From a virus (taxonomy: Duplodnaviria; Caudoviricetes): a DNA stretch of 38,902 nt. The DNA is taken from positions 1 to 38,902 of the IMG/VR virus record IMGVR_UViG_3300009111_000009, one strand, 5' to 3'. Below the pieces are notes generated by a model. That model was not told where the DNA came from. It worked only from the letters and a program-made list of their open reading frames with translations, and made no database searches. How positions within the stretch are numbered: position 1 is the first letter of the stretch; every line of letters begins with the position of its first letter. This document shows, one piece after another, positions 26,691 to 35,178 of the stretch. The position numbers and the translations under genes are program-made.

Positions 26691-27146
26691 TCAATCACAA
26701 TCAGATCCGCGCAACCTTGCCATTCTTTGTTCATGAGTTTCGACCAACATAGTACTTTCGTCCTTTAGCACGTCCAAAACCTTGTATGCCAGCTCCAACA
26801 TCTTCCCCTGAGTAGCGTTATCTGGGACTTCAATCGTTCCGGTTGCTGTATTTATGATTTTCTTGGCATCAATTAGCTGTTTGTGCTTATGGAATAACAG
26901 GTCTTTTGTTAGTCCATGGAGAGCCGCTTGCTCGATTTTATTCACTACTTCCCTGACTTTAGGCTCGTTTCCAGCCGAAACCACGGTAGAAATGCCGTAA
27001 GGAAGTGCAAAACCGACTTGCTCTGCTATAGCTTTTCTGGACATTCCTTTAGCCAGACCAAGCGCAATCCTACGTCTGACGGGGCTTAGCGGTTTCAGAG
27101 CCTCGATAACTCCCCTCATTAGTTCTTGCTCCACCTCGGACACCAT
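26691..27146 (-). CDS. terS: Probable terminase small subunit
   Basis: N-terminal HTH (GMSRKAIAEQVGF), helical middle, PDNATQGKMLELAYK motif; first gene of the leftward operon. Confidence 0.7.
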   Translation of the reverse strand: MVSEVEQELMRGVIEALKPLSPVRRRIALGLAKGMSRKAIAEQVGFALPYGISTVVSAGNEPKVREVVNKIEQAALHGLTKDLLFHKHKQLIDAKKIINTATGTIEVPDNATQGKMLELAYKVLDVLKDESTMLVETHEQRMARLRGSDCD

Positions 27147-27223
27147 ACTACTTGCTCCTCATAACTAGCATATTTTCACTACTTACCCTATCCCTAATAA
27201 TCTTAATGAAAGACATTAACTAG

Positions 27224-27251
27224 ATTATACTCATTACCAAATACTTGTCAA
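27224..27251 (-). promoter_or_regulatory. Consensus sigma70 promoter for the leftward arm
   Basis: TTGACA-16 nt-TATAAT on the minus strand. Confidence 0.8.
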
Positions 27252-27349
27252 GCGTCTCTGTGAAAATAAAACAGACTCTCTGTTATTATTAAAAATAAAT
27301 AATGCCGGCCGACAGCTAAGTCACCGAAATCACAGCCATAAAAAAGTTC

Positions 27350-27379
27350 TTGACTTTTCATCATCTTGAAGAGTAATGT
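27350..27379 (+). promoter_or_regulatory. sigma70-like promoter for the rightward arm
   Basis: TTGACT-18 nt-TAATGT with upstream A-tract; predicted start near 27386. Confidence 0.55.
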
Positions 27380-27385
27380 TTTAAT

Positions 27386-27691
27386 TGAAAGCGGAGAAAT
27401 CCACTTTCCCTCCCCCGACGGGGGGAGCCCATAGCCGGGCAAGCTGACGCGGTAACGGCCAGGGGAAAAACCCCCGGTGCATATCCGCGCAACGGCCAAA
27501 CGAACGGCACCACAGCGAAAGTCCACCAACCGCGACCTATGGTGATAGGTATCCAGCGGGAACGGACAGAACGCTGGCGACTAGGCACGTAACGGACGAT
27601 AATGTCCCCCCGAGGGGCTGGACAGCCTAGACCGCATAAGTCCCAGAGCCGAGACTAAAACTCCGGGGGCACTGTTATTTTGACGCTTTCA
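27386..27691 (+). ncRNA. Candidate ~305-nt structured ncRNA or leader
   Basis: Closed by TGAAAGCG/CGCTTTCA; several nested GC-rich stems; no credible ORF. Confidence 0.6.
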
Positions 27692-27840
27692 GCAGGTTAA
27701 GCGAACGAAAGCTCGTTGTTTTGTGGCTTTTTCAGAGCATGCGGCATCAGTCCGCATGTTGTGGCACAAGGCCACAAATGCAATGGATTGCATAGGAGGT
27801 ATCACTCCAAGGCCAGAAACGGCAGACAAAGGGGCACACC

Positions 27841-28158
27841 ATGGCAACAACAAAAAACGGCAAAGGGAACGGCAAACTTGCAATGGCGGACTTTGTAACC
27901 ACGGCTATCCTGAAACTGCGGAACGTGGAAAAGTCCAAAGGTATCCACAGCGTATTCTCGGGCTTTAATGAGGCATTCCGCGAGTATTACGGTCTGGACA
28001 AAGACCACGCCATCGCGGCAGTCAAGGAGCTGGAAGCTAAAGGGATCATTAAAAGCCATTTCGCAAGGGGTGGCGTTATGCTTTACATCCCTGCGGACTT
28101 CCCAACAAAAACCAACGGACACAACGCAACGGCCACGCTTAATAAAATCTTAGGTTAA
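27841..28158 (+). CDS. Small winged-helix-like protein
   Basis: FV..AI.KLR...KGIHSVFSGFNEAFREYY...L...G.I...GGVMLY; resembles a conserved bacterial hypothetical family (from recall). Confidence 0.75.
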   Translation: MATTKNGKGNGKLAMADFVTTAILKLRNVEKSKGIHSVFSGFNEAFREYYGLDKDHAIAAVKELEAKGIIKSHFARGGVMLYIPADFPTKTNGHNATATLNKILG

Positions 28159-28175
28159 CAATCGGCAATGGATTC

Positions 28176-28199
28176 AAGGGGGGTGGCAACATCCCCCTT
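28176..28199 (+). terminator. GCAA-tetraloop hairpin
   Basis: AAGGGGGGTG-GCAA-CATCCCCCTT. Confidence 0.5.
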
Positions 28200-28224
28200 A
28201 CCCTTTCCAGAGAGGAGAGCAACC

Positions 28225-28458
28225 ATGGAAGCGGTTAAAGCCAAGACAAAAAGCGGCAAAGAAGTCTTCCGTCCGAAAATGGACGATTGCGAGTATGTCC
28301 AACTGTCAGACGATTACACCGGTTTTTGCATCTCATGCGGCGAAACCCAAGAGGGATGCGAACCGGACGCAAGGGGCTATGAGTGCGAAAGCTGCGGACA
28401 GCATAAGGTCTATGGTTTGGAAGAGTTAATGATGATGGGCTATATCATCCTGGTTTGA
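28225..28458 (+). CDS. Zinc-ribbon protein
   Basis: GFCISCG...CEPDARGYECESCG..KVYG.EE, a conserved phage family. Confidence 0.85.
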   Translation: MEAVKAKTKSGKEVFRPKMDDCEYVQLSDDYTGFCISCGETQEGCEPDARGYECESCGQHKVYGLEELMMMGYIILV

Positions 28459-28549
28459 ACATCGGTACACCATGCCTTAACAAGATCCACCAAACAGTTA
28501 AGACATGGTAACGGGTGGTCAACGCACACCAGAAAGGAGGTAAGCAGCC

Positions 28550-28684
28550 ATGTTGACAAAATACACACCGGACTATGAATGCCGAGTCCTTAACCGTCTT
28601 GCCGATATGGCATACAAGCACGGTGGCACGGCTAAGGTAAGGGAAACATTGGACAGGGCTATGGTTCACATCTGGGAGCTATAG
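28550..28684 (+). CDS. 44-aa hypothetical protein
   Basis: Not in ORF track; AAAGGAGGT RBS; MLTKYTPDYECRVLNRL... Confidence 0.65.
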   Translation: MLTKYTPDYECRVLNRLADMAYKHGGTAKVRETLDRAMVHIWEL

Positions 28685-28715
28685 CCGCAACAAACATGGT
28701 AAGGGGGTGAACGAA

Positions 28716-28853
28716 ATGAGATGCCCAAGGTGTAACAAGGTCATTGCCCCTAATGAGTATACAAGGGGTCATTGCACAAACTGCGGTAAGGCAATTGAAC
28801 GTGAAAAGCGGTATGAAATCGAAATTCACGTTCCTTTCGAGGAGACAACCTGA
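28716..28853 (+). CDS. 45-aa zinc-ribbon protein
   Basis: Not in ORF track; MRCPRCNK...HCTNCG; GGGGGTG RBS. Confidence 0.7.
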   Translation: MRCPRCNKVIAPNEYTRGHCTNCGKAIEREKRYEIEIHVPFEETT

Positions 28854-28897
28854 AAAAGAGCGAAATCAACCCGAAAATAGCTCGTTCTCTCTTTCAC

Positions 28898-29289
28898 TAT
28901 AGATATGTATGTATCTATGACATGCTATCCTTATAAGTATAGAGAATGATTATTATATCTCTATCTATCTATGGTGATACGCATGATGATACGCTTGATA
29001 CGCTTGATACGCTAATCATAGAGAGCTATCTATACCCAGCGTGTCAGTCCGCTATAAGAAATGCACACACACCAAAAAAACAGCACACTTCCAAGCTGGC
29101 AGAAAAAGCGATTAGCTCGCTTTAACACTAAGCCGGTGAGCCTGTTGTGGTAACGGTTAGCACGGCACACACCCGAACCAAACGAACATGGCAAGTGACA
29201 CGCTGAAAAAAAAGAAGCAATGATTCCAACACGTTGAAAAAAGGAGTGTCACGGGCGTTCATAGGCGTGTCATTACCCATGTGACACGC
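28898..29289. repeat. Iteron-like TGAYACGC array with AT-rich tract (candidate origin)
   Basis: Direct copies at 28975, 28987, 28996, 29005, 29196 and 29282; inverted copies at 29039 and 29265; AT-rich 28898-28972. Confidence 0.6.
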
Positions 29290-29313
29290 TCAAATGCACG
29301 CAGGAGGTGCAAA

Positions 29314-29823
29314 ATGAAACTCAATTCAAAGGTCAAAAAGGTCTTGGCAAGCGACCGCTTCCACAACTGCGCTTACGTCTATACAGACGGCATAGTCATT
29401 AATGAAAAAGCGCAAGGGGTGGCAAGGGGTCTGGCATTCGAGACGGAAATCATCCACATCATACCCTTTACGGAAGAGGTAAAATTCCGCATATCAGGGA
29501 AGTCACACGACGACAATCAGCGGATCTTCAAAGGCCGTTATGTTTTCCACAACCCGACACTGTTAATCGACGGCATCACGCGCCTGGAAATCTATCTCGG
29601 CAATACCAGCGATAAGATGAAAGAGATGGGTATTTCCTGCGATACCATCACGTTGACAACGGACAGCGGCATGAAAATCAGTGAAGATTGCTTCACGTTC
29701 ATATCTTCGGACATAGCGTTCCAGAACGACAGGGCGCTGTCCATTATGGACTGGGACACCTGGGAGTATAAAGACCGGATCATCTGGCATGGGGCCAAAC
29801 CGGAGCACAAAGAGGCGGCATAA
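29314..29823 (+). CDS. Hypothetical protein
   Basis: AGGAGGT RBS before ATG 29314. Confidence 0.75.
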   Translation: MKLNSKVKKVLASDRFHNCAYVYTDGIVINEKAQGVARGLAFETEIIHIIPFTEEVKFRISGKSHDDNQRIFKGRYVFHNPTLLIDGITRLEIYLGNTSDKMKEMGISCDTITLTTDSGMKISEDCFTFISSDIAFQNDRALSIMDWDTWEYKDRIIWHGAKPEHKEAA

Positions 29824-29838
29824 CAAAAGGGGGACATC

Positions 29839-30240
29839 ATGAAAAAGCACTTAACACGGGACGACTTCCAGCACATCGGGAGCCTGATAACCTATCAGGC
29901 AGACGATAAACAGTATTGCCTTGGTTACCTGATCGACTTCAAAGGTCATGGCGTTTTCGAGCCTAACCTTGGCAAGGTGGACATAACACCGGAAGAGGCG
30001 GACATACACAACGCCTGCCTGGACACTGCCATGCTTGAGGGTCTGGACAAAAACTGTGAGGTTGGCATGGGCGGCACGTTTTACCTCCTAGACGGCAAGG
30101 TTAAAACGTTCACAGGAAAAATAGTCAGCGAAGATGTTGCAATCACAGGCAAGCACATCGTTTTTATCAGGGGCGGCATGACATTTAAGGGAACGCTACA
30201 GAAGGATGCGGACTGCTTTAACTTCAGGCGCACGGATTGA
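29839..30240 (+). CDS. Hypothetical protein
   Basis: 133 aa, G-rich RBS. Confidence 0.75.
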   Translation: MKKHLTRDDFQHIGSLITYQADDKQYCLGYLIDFKGHGVFEPNLGKVDITPEEADIHNACLDTAMLEGLDKNCEVGMGGTFYLLDGKVKTFTGKIVSEDVAITGKHIVFIRGGMTFKGTLQKDADCFNFRRTD

Positions 30241-30316
30241 ACGCTCATACACGTAGCGCCACGTCAAAGATGGCGCTGCGGAATGGGTAGTCAAGCCCAA
30301 GGGGGAGGTGATAACA

Positions 30317-30550
30317 ATGCCGACAACAGGAAAGTACACGGTTAAACCGTACAAATGTTCTAAATGCCAGACCGAAAAGCTGATCGGCACGAACCACTGG
30401 GGAGACATTTACCCCTACTGCAAAAAGTGCTGCAAAATCACGGTTTGGAACTGCCTGGAACCATTGCCCGAAGGGTACGAAAAACCAGAGCCCTGGAAAC
30501 TGGTGACTTTGGGCGAGATATGCGAGATCAACATCGACAGAAGGAGGTAA
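30317..30550 (+). CDS. Zinc-ribbon protein
   Basis: YKCSKC...TNHWG.IY..CKKC; GGAGGTG RBS. Confidence 0.75.
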   Translation: MPTTGKYTVKPYKCSKCQTEKLIGTNHWGDIYPYCKKCCKITVWNCLEPLPEGYEKPEPWKLVTLGEICEINIDRRR

Positions 30551-30555
30551 CCATC

Positions 30556-30966
30556 ATGTCAGCATACATCTGCGAAGACAAGACCATCAACCGCATAGTC
30601 ACATATTTACAAAACAGTGACGATATGGGCTATGCACGGGAAAGAGTACTTGGCAAGCTGGGCTACACCGGCAAGTTTGCAGGGGAGCTTGGCAGGGCAA
30701 TGTTTGAGCTTAACTGCCAGAGCATCGAGGAGCGCTACGGGAAAGGGCAAGCCAAGGAGTTCAGGAGTCTGGATTACAAATACAAACCTGTCCCGTTAAT
30801 ATCTGCAATCCAGGTGTACAAGTCCCTTCTATGCTACCTGTACCAAAGCTGCGAAGGAAAATGCGACAAGACCGAACTGTATACAGCCCTTGACGAAATC
30901 AGCAACCTGATGGCCGCTGAAATCGTTAGGGGACTACCGGCCTACGAGCAGGCCATCTGGGGGTAA
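30556..30966 (+). CDS. Conserved hypothetical protein
   Basis: MSAY...N..S...RY...K.L.CY.YQSCE family; AAGGAGGT RBS, so the start is 30556 rather than 30364. Confidence 0.8.
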   Translation: MSAYICEDKTINRIVTYLQNSDDMGYARERVLGKLGYTGKFAGELGRAMFELNCQSIEERYGKGQAKEFRSLDYKYKPVPLISAIQVYKSLLCYLYQSCEGKCDKTELYTALDEISNLMAAEIVRGLPAYEQAIWG

Positions 30967-30980
30967 TACCCCAAGGGGGG

Positions 30981-31262
30981 GTGAAAGCAATGAGGTTGTT
31001 AATCGAGCTTAACAGAGACGAGTTAGACGCCTTGCAATATCCGGTTATGGTTGAAGGGTGGCACAAGGTGAAAGACCAGGGCAGCAAGCGCCGAAAGTGG
31101 CTTGCGGAATTTGACGAGAAGGAACGGGCTCTCCTGGGGAAATACTACAACCTGTTTTACGACTGGCATTTACACAGGGGAACGCCTGAACACTTGGCAT
31201 TCAGGAAAATGGAGACCATCGACCTGATAAAAAGGGCAGTCGAGTTTTTCGCCACGGTATGA
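30981..31262 (+). CDS. Hypothetical protein
   Basis: Packed ORF with G-rich RBS. Confidence 0.7.
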   Translation: MKAMRLLIELNRDELDALQYPVMVEGWHKVKDQGSKRRKWLAEFDEKERALLGKYYNLFYDWHLHRGTPEHLAFRKMETIDLIKRAVEFFATV

Positions 31263-31277
31263 ACGGGGAGTGAGGTC

Positions 31278-31574
31278 ATGAAAATTCCACCATTAACAGA
31301 AGTCAATTGCAAATACGGTGCTCCCATGGGACGTGCGGACGCAATCGAAGAACCAGACGAACCGATTAAATTCAATCTGGTCAGACTTCCGTGGGTTGAT
31401 TACGACTATGACCCCGGCGGCGCTTACTGGGGGTATGTCCAAGGCGACCACATCTACCGCGCCGTAGGGGAGGGGCCGGAGTTTGTCAATGAAATGTTTG
31501 TACGGGCAAAAAGCAGGGGGGAAGCAAAGATGAAAGTCAAGGAGACTTTCAAGCTGGCAACGTTTTACAGGTGA
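31278..31574 (+). CDS. Conserved phage protein (YGAPMGR...YD.GGAYWG)
   Basis: Recognisable motif; RBS. Confidence 0.8.
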   Translation: MKIPPLTEVNCKYGAPMGRADAIEEPDEPIKFNLVRLPWVDYDYDPGGAYWGYVQGDHIYRAVGEGPEFVNEMFVRAKSRGEAKMKVKETFKLATFYR

Positions 31575-31586
31575 GGGGGTAAGGTC

Positions 31587-31832
31587 ATGATAACCACGCA
31601 ATACGAAATCCGTCTGGATCTGAAGGGTGAAGTCACTTACCGGAAAGCCGATGAACGCTTAACGAAATGTCATGAAGCGTTATATACCGAAAACACAGTC
31701 AGCGTCGAAAGCATGAGCGGCAACGGCGTATGCGCTCCATACATCAAGGTTATTGTCGAAGATCTGGAGCAAGCAAGGCAAATCGAAGCCAGACTTCAGA
31801 AGATACTGGGGCGCTGGCTGGACAGGGGGTGA
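31587..31832 (+). CDS. Hypothetical protein
   Basis: Packed ORF, RBS. Confidence 0.65.
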   Translation: MITTQYEIRLDLKGEVTYRKADERLTKCHEALYTENTVSVESMSGNGVCAPYIKVIVEDLEQARQIEARLQKILGRWLDRG

Positions 31833-31836
31833 GAGC

Positions 31837-32034
31837 ATGAGACAAGTCAGCAAATGGCACACATTAGCGGACGGTACAAAGTGCGCTAAATGGCTCGGTA
31901 ATGGCGATGTTCGCGGATTCAGACCTGTTCCAGATGGCTATGGATGCAAGGCGGATCTGGTAGAGATCCATCCCGTCACCGGCAAGCGCATGAAAAACAG
32001 CGAATGGTGGATCTTCCTGACACCGGAGAGATAG
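31837..32034 (+). CDS. Hypothetical protein
   Basis: GGGGGTG RBS before MRQVSK. Confidence 0.65.
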   Translation: MRQVSKWHTLADGTKCAKWLGNGDVRGFRPVPDGYGCKADLVEIHPVTGKRMKNSEWWIFLTPER

Positions 32035-32045
32035 GGGGTGGGGTT

Positions 32046-32225
32046 ATGACAGCGGAAGAGAAGTTTGGCGTCGAAATGATTCAGGCGCTGCAAAAAGTAA
32101 GCGGCATCGACGAAAGCGACAGCGATGCTCTCAACGGTTGGCGGTCTATGTCAGAAGGCGAACGCGAAACCACTAGGATGGTCTACGGTTTATTGTTCGC
32201 AAAGAGGGAGGGGGCGAGAGTATGA
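32046..32225 (+). CDS. Hypothetical protein
   Basis: G-rich RBS before MTAEEK; ATGA overlap with the next gene. Confidence 0.65.
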   Translation: MTAEEKFGVEMIQALQKVSGIDESDSDALNGWRSMSEGERETTRMVYGLLFAKREGARV

Positions 32226-32764
32226 AGAAAGAAAAGGCAACCTGCAACGTAATAGACCCAACTACCGGGAAAGTTTGCGGTGAACCGGGATTAATAGACG
32301 GGTGCTGTTACGACCACGCCAAAATGTGTACCGAATGCCAGGAACCGGCACACCCTGACACCAAAATTTGTGCAAGGTGCCAAAAATACCACGCAACAAA
32401 CCTGCAAGCCCTAGCCAAGGGCTTGCGCTGCGAACTGTTTGCAGACCGGCCAACAATCAAAGAGGCGCACGAATATGCTTCCAAGATTGCCAAGGCTTGC
32501 GGCAAGGAGCAAGAGATCTACGTCCTGACAGCCTTGCATGTCATGATGAACACCATAGCGAACGAAATCGAGAGGGTAGCTGGCAACGAGCGGAAGCTTA
32601 TAGCCAAGTTGTTTGAGATCTGCGAGGGAGAATACCCCGAGGATCAATGGGACATTGACTATAAGCCTGTCAGAGAAGCGCAACGGTTTCTCAAAGGGGT
32701 AAGTCATGAAAGCGGCGAAACGGAAACACACAATGGGAACCCTGACAGCAACGCTGATTGCTGA
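32222..32764 (+). CDS. Cys-rich N-terminus plus helical domain protein
   Basis: Several Cys pairs; VLTALHVMMNTIA. Confidence 0.65.
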   Translation: MKKEKATCNVIDPTTGKVCGEPGLIDGCCYDHAKMCTECQEPAHPDTKICARCQKYHATNLQALAKGLRCELFADRPTIKEAHEYASKIAKACGKEQEIYVLTALHVMMNTIANEIERVAGNERKLIAKLFEICEGEYPEDQWDIDYKPVREAQRFLKGVSHESGETETHNGNPDSNADC

Positions 32765-32912
32765 AGGGGTGGAAAAAACCGACGAAGAGACCACATTGGA
32801 AGCATGGCAGGTGTTAGTTGACACCGGCCTATGCTGGCAATTACAGGGGTACTTCGGACGGACGGCAGAGGTGCTGATCGAGCACGGACTGATCAAAGCT
32901 GCGGACAAGTGA
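32706..32912 (+). CDS. Conserved small phage protein
   Basis: AWQ.LVDTGLCWQLQG.FGRTA..LIE.G motif. Confidence 0.8.
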   Translation: MKAAKRKHTMGTLTATLIAEGVEKTDEETTLEAWQVLVDTGLCWQLQGYFGRTAEVLIEHGLIKAADK

Positions 32913-33060
32913 GGGGGGTGGAATTTGAGCCGATTTGAGCGTTTGATTTTAAAACCAATAGTCAGATAAGGGGGGCGCTTTTAAAACGCCCCCACGGGCT
33001 CCACAGAGCGTCTGACGGCACAAAACAGAAACTCTGCGATAGGGAAAGCGAGGTTGAACC

Positions 33061-33462
33061 ATGAAAAATTTTATTGAACTTCACGAAACAATGGATCGCT
33101 ATGTGGACGGGCGAACCCTAACCAAGATGGTCACCCACACCTACCTGATTCAGGTCAAATACATCACCAGCGTTCAGAATCTCAACACCAGTTGCCATGT
33201 GGAATTTGAGGGAGACGCCGGTTACCGAACGCATAAAATTAAAACCGATGAATCCTATGAAACCGTTAAGCGTTTGATAGCGGAAAGCGAGGCCAACGCC
33301 AACCTGATAGCCGCCGTTCCCGAACTGTTGGAAACGCTGGAGGGGCTACACAAGGCTCTCTCTCGGATGATTGACAAACACGATCCTGACAGCATCGAGG
33401 CTGAATGGCTTTCACACTCTCACGAGGTTATCACCAAAACGAAAAGAGGTGAGACAAAATGA
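33061..33462 (+). CDS. Hypothetical protein with ANA.LIAA.PELLE.L motif
   Basis: Common phage motif; RBS GAGGT. Confidence 0.7.
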   Translation: MKNFIELHETMDRYVDGRTLTKMVTHTYLIQVKYITSVQNLNTSCHVEFEGDAGYRTHKIKTDESYETVKRLIAESEANANLIAAVPELLETLEGLHKALSRMIDKHDPDSIEAEWLSHSHEVITKTKRGETK

Positions 33463-33656
33463 AAATCTTCACGGTTGAACTGTCTGGCGGTTACGGCGAT
33501 AACCATTATTGGAACCTGATCTATGCAGGCAACGATTATGCAACCGCCAAAACACTGGCGACAACAGCACCATTTCAGGACGATTACAACAACTGGGCAG
33601 TTATCAAGACCTGGGAAAACGGGATAACCACGGCAGCCGAAGAGGTCAACCGTTGA
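33459..33656 (+). CDS. Hypothetical protein
   Basis: ATGA overlap. Confidence 0.65.
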   Translation: MKIFTVELSGGYGDNHYWNLIYAGNDYATAKTLATTAPFQDDYNNWAVIKTWENGITTAAEEVNR

Positions 33657-33669
33657 GAGGAGAACAACC

Positions 33670-33954
33670 ATGAAACCAATGCTAACCGCCGAAGACTGGC
33701 AGCTCTACACAGACATGCTCGGTTGCGAGATCGTCGCCCGTGCTATGACCGATGAACTCAACAGACTATTAAAGATTGCCAAGTATGAGATCATCGAAAA
33801 CGACAAAGATCAAACCTTGGCGGCAAAAGAAGTCAGAGACGAAATGCTCCGCTTCATGGAGAAATACGCCAAGTACGGAGCAAGGGACACCGAGCCTGAA
33901 TGGGCTTTGGTGGATGCCATCAACAGAGCGCTGAAAACGGAAATCAGGAGGTAA
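33670..33954 (+). CDS. Hypothetical protein (YGA.DTEP motif)
   Basis: GAGGAG RBS. Confidence 0.7.
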   Translation: MKPMLTAEDWQLYTDMLGCEIVARAMTDELNRLLKIAKYEIIENDKDQTLAAKEVRDEMLRFMEKYAKYGARDTEPEWALVDAINRALKTEIRR

Positions 33955-33957
33955 GCC

Positions 33958-34383
33958 ATGAGAACCAAAACGAGAGGATACAGCGACAAGTCCTATGTCA
34001 CATTGGAGCAAAAACAGTGCATCGTATGCGGATGCACGTATGACAGCGGGGCGCTCCTGCTGGACATGAAGCTGCGGGACACGTTCGATCATTACACCGT
34101 CACCGGCAACGGCTTGTGTCCTGAGCACGACAAGCTGTTCAAGGACGGATTCCTTGCGCTTGTCGAGTGCGATGAAAAGAAAAGCACTATCCACGGCAGC
34201 ACAATCAAACCCGAGAACGCTTACCGTACCGGCAAGATCACACATATCAAGCGGACGGTGGCCAGGAAGATCTTCAACGTAGAGATCCCCGACAAACTGC
34301 CGATGATGTTCTGCAACGAAGAAACCACAGCCTTGCTGGAAAGCATGAGACCGAAAGGAGAGGACGAAAATGGGAAACATTAA
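33958..34383 (+). CDS. Zn-binding protein of a family common in ICE/plasmid leading regions
   Basis: KSYV.LEQ..C.VCG..YD.G.LLLD..L...TG.GLCPEH.....GF.ALVECD...AYRTG. Confidence 0.75.
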   Translation: MRTKTRGYSDKSYVTLEQKQCIVCGCTYDSGALLLDMKLRDTFDHYTVTGNGLCPEHDKLFKDGFLALVECDEKKSTIHGSTIKPENAYRTGKITHIKRTVARKIFNVEIPDKLPMMFCNEETTALLESMRPKGEDENGKH

Positions 34384-34645
34384 CGAAAAGAACTTTGGGA
34401 GATTCAAAGCGCTCTACGATGAGGCGGTCGAACAGGACAAGAAGTCCTTTATGTTTGAGGGGGACGAGATCCTGACCGCGTATGCAAAATACGTGATCGA
34501 GTACTTCAACCTATCGCGGGGCTACATCTGCGGACAGTGCGGTTATGGCCCCTGGAAATCCCGCGTAGAAGGGGGGCCGAAGTTCTGCCCGTCCTGCCAT
34601 AGCAAGGACTATGACAAACCAAAGAAGGCCAAGAAAGGGGTATAG
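34370..34645 (+). CDS. Small helical domain fused to a zinc ribbon
   Basis: FKALY..A...F.FEG.E.LT.YAKY.IEY plus CGQCG..W..R...PKFCPSC.S. Confidence 0.7.
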   Translation: MGNINEKNFGRFKALYDEAVEQDKKSFMFEGDEILTAYAKYVIEYFNLSRGYICGQCGYGPWKSRVEGGPKFCPSCHSKDYDKPKKAKKGV

Positions 34646-34647
34646 GG

Positions 34648-35160
34648 ATGGAATACCTAGAAGAGCGTTTAGCGGAATTGCTGGAACTTAGCAAGGGCTT
34701 CCTTGAAAAACAGGGAAGCCTTTCAACCATGGCAATCTTTGAAAAACTGGGACTTCCGCCGGTTGTCGAATGGCTTGATATGAGCGAAGAGGGCGCGGAA
34801 AAAAGCCACAAAAAAGTCCAGCAGGTAATACTCCGCGCCCTGCCTGATGCGGTCTTTGTCGTGTCCGACGCCTGGATGGTGCAAAGCAAGAGCCCGAAAA
34901 TACCCAAAGACTACAAACGTGGCTGGGTGGAACAGCAACCCAACAAGACAGAAGCCATAGTGATAACTGCGGGGTCTGTCAACGATGGGGTCAAGGCTAT
35001 CATCCAGCCCTACAAGCGGAAGGGCAAAAAGATCATCTATGGCGAGGTGCTCAAACAAGGAACAATCGAATCGGCTTTCTTCGGGAACACCTGGAAGATC
35101 CGGCGCAACGCCGAGATCAAACAGGCCCAGAGGGAAGCCGAGAAGTCAGTGATTCATTAG
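34648..35160 (+). CDS. Hypothetical protein
   Basis: VSDAW...PNKTEAIV motif. Confidence 0.7.
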   Translation: MEYLEERLAELLELSKGFLEKQGSLSTMAIFEKLGLPPVVEWLDMSEEGAEKSHKKVQQVILRALPDAVFVVSDAWMVQSKSPKIPKDYKRGWVEQQPNKTEAIVITAGSVNDGVKAIIQPYKRKGKKIIYGEVLKQGTIESAFFGNTWKIRRNAEIKQAQREAEKSVIH

Positions 35161-35178
35161 AAGGGAGGTGATTGAATC

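Noticed and set aside
27448-27580. RNase P RNA resemblance (GGTAACGGCC, GAAAGTCC, ACAGAA)
   Set aside because: The motifs are out of order and the P4 pairing cannot be built.
27248-27968. Short ORFs in the divergent control region
   Set aside because: No convincing RBS or protein-like features; they overlap promoters and the structured RNA.
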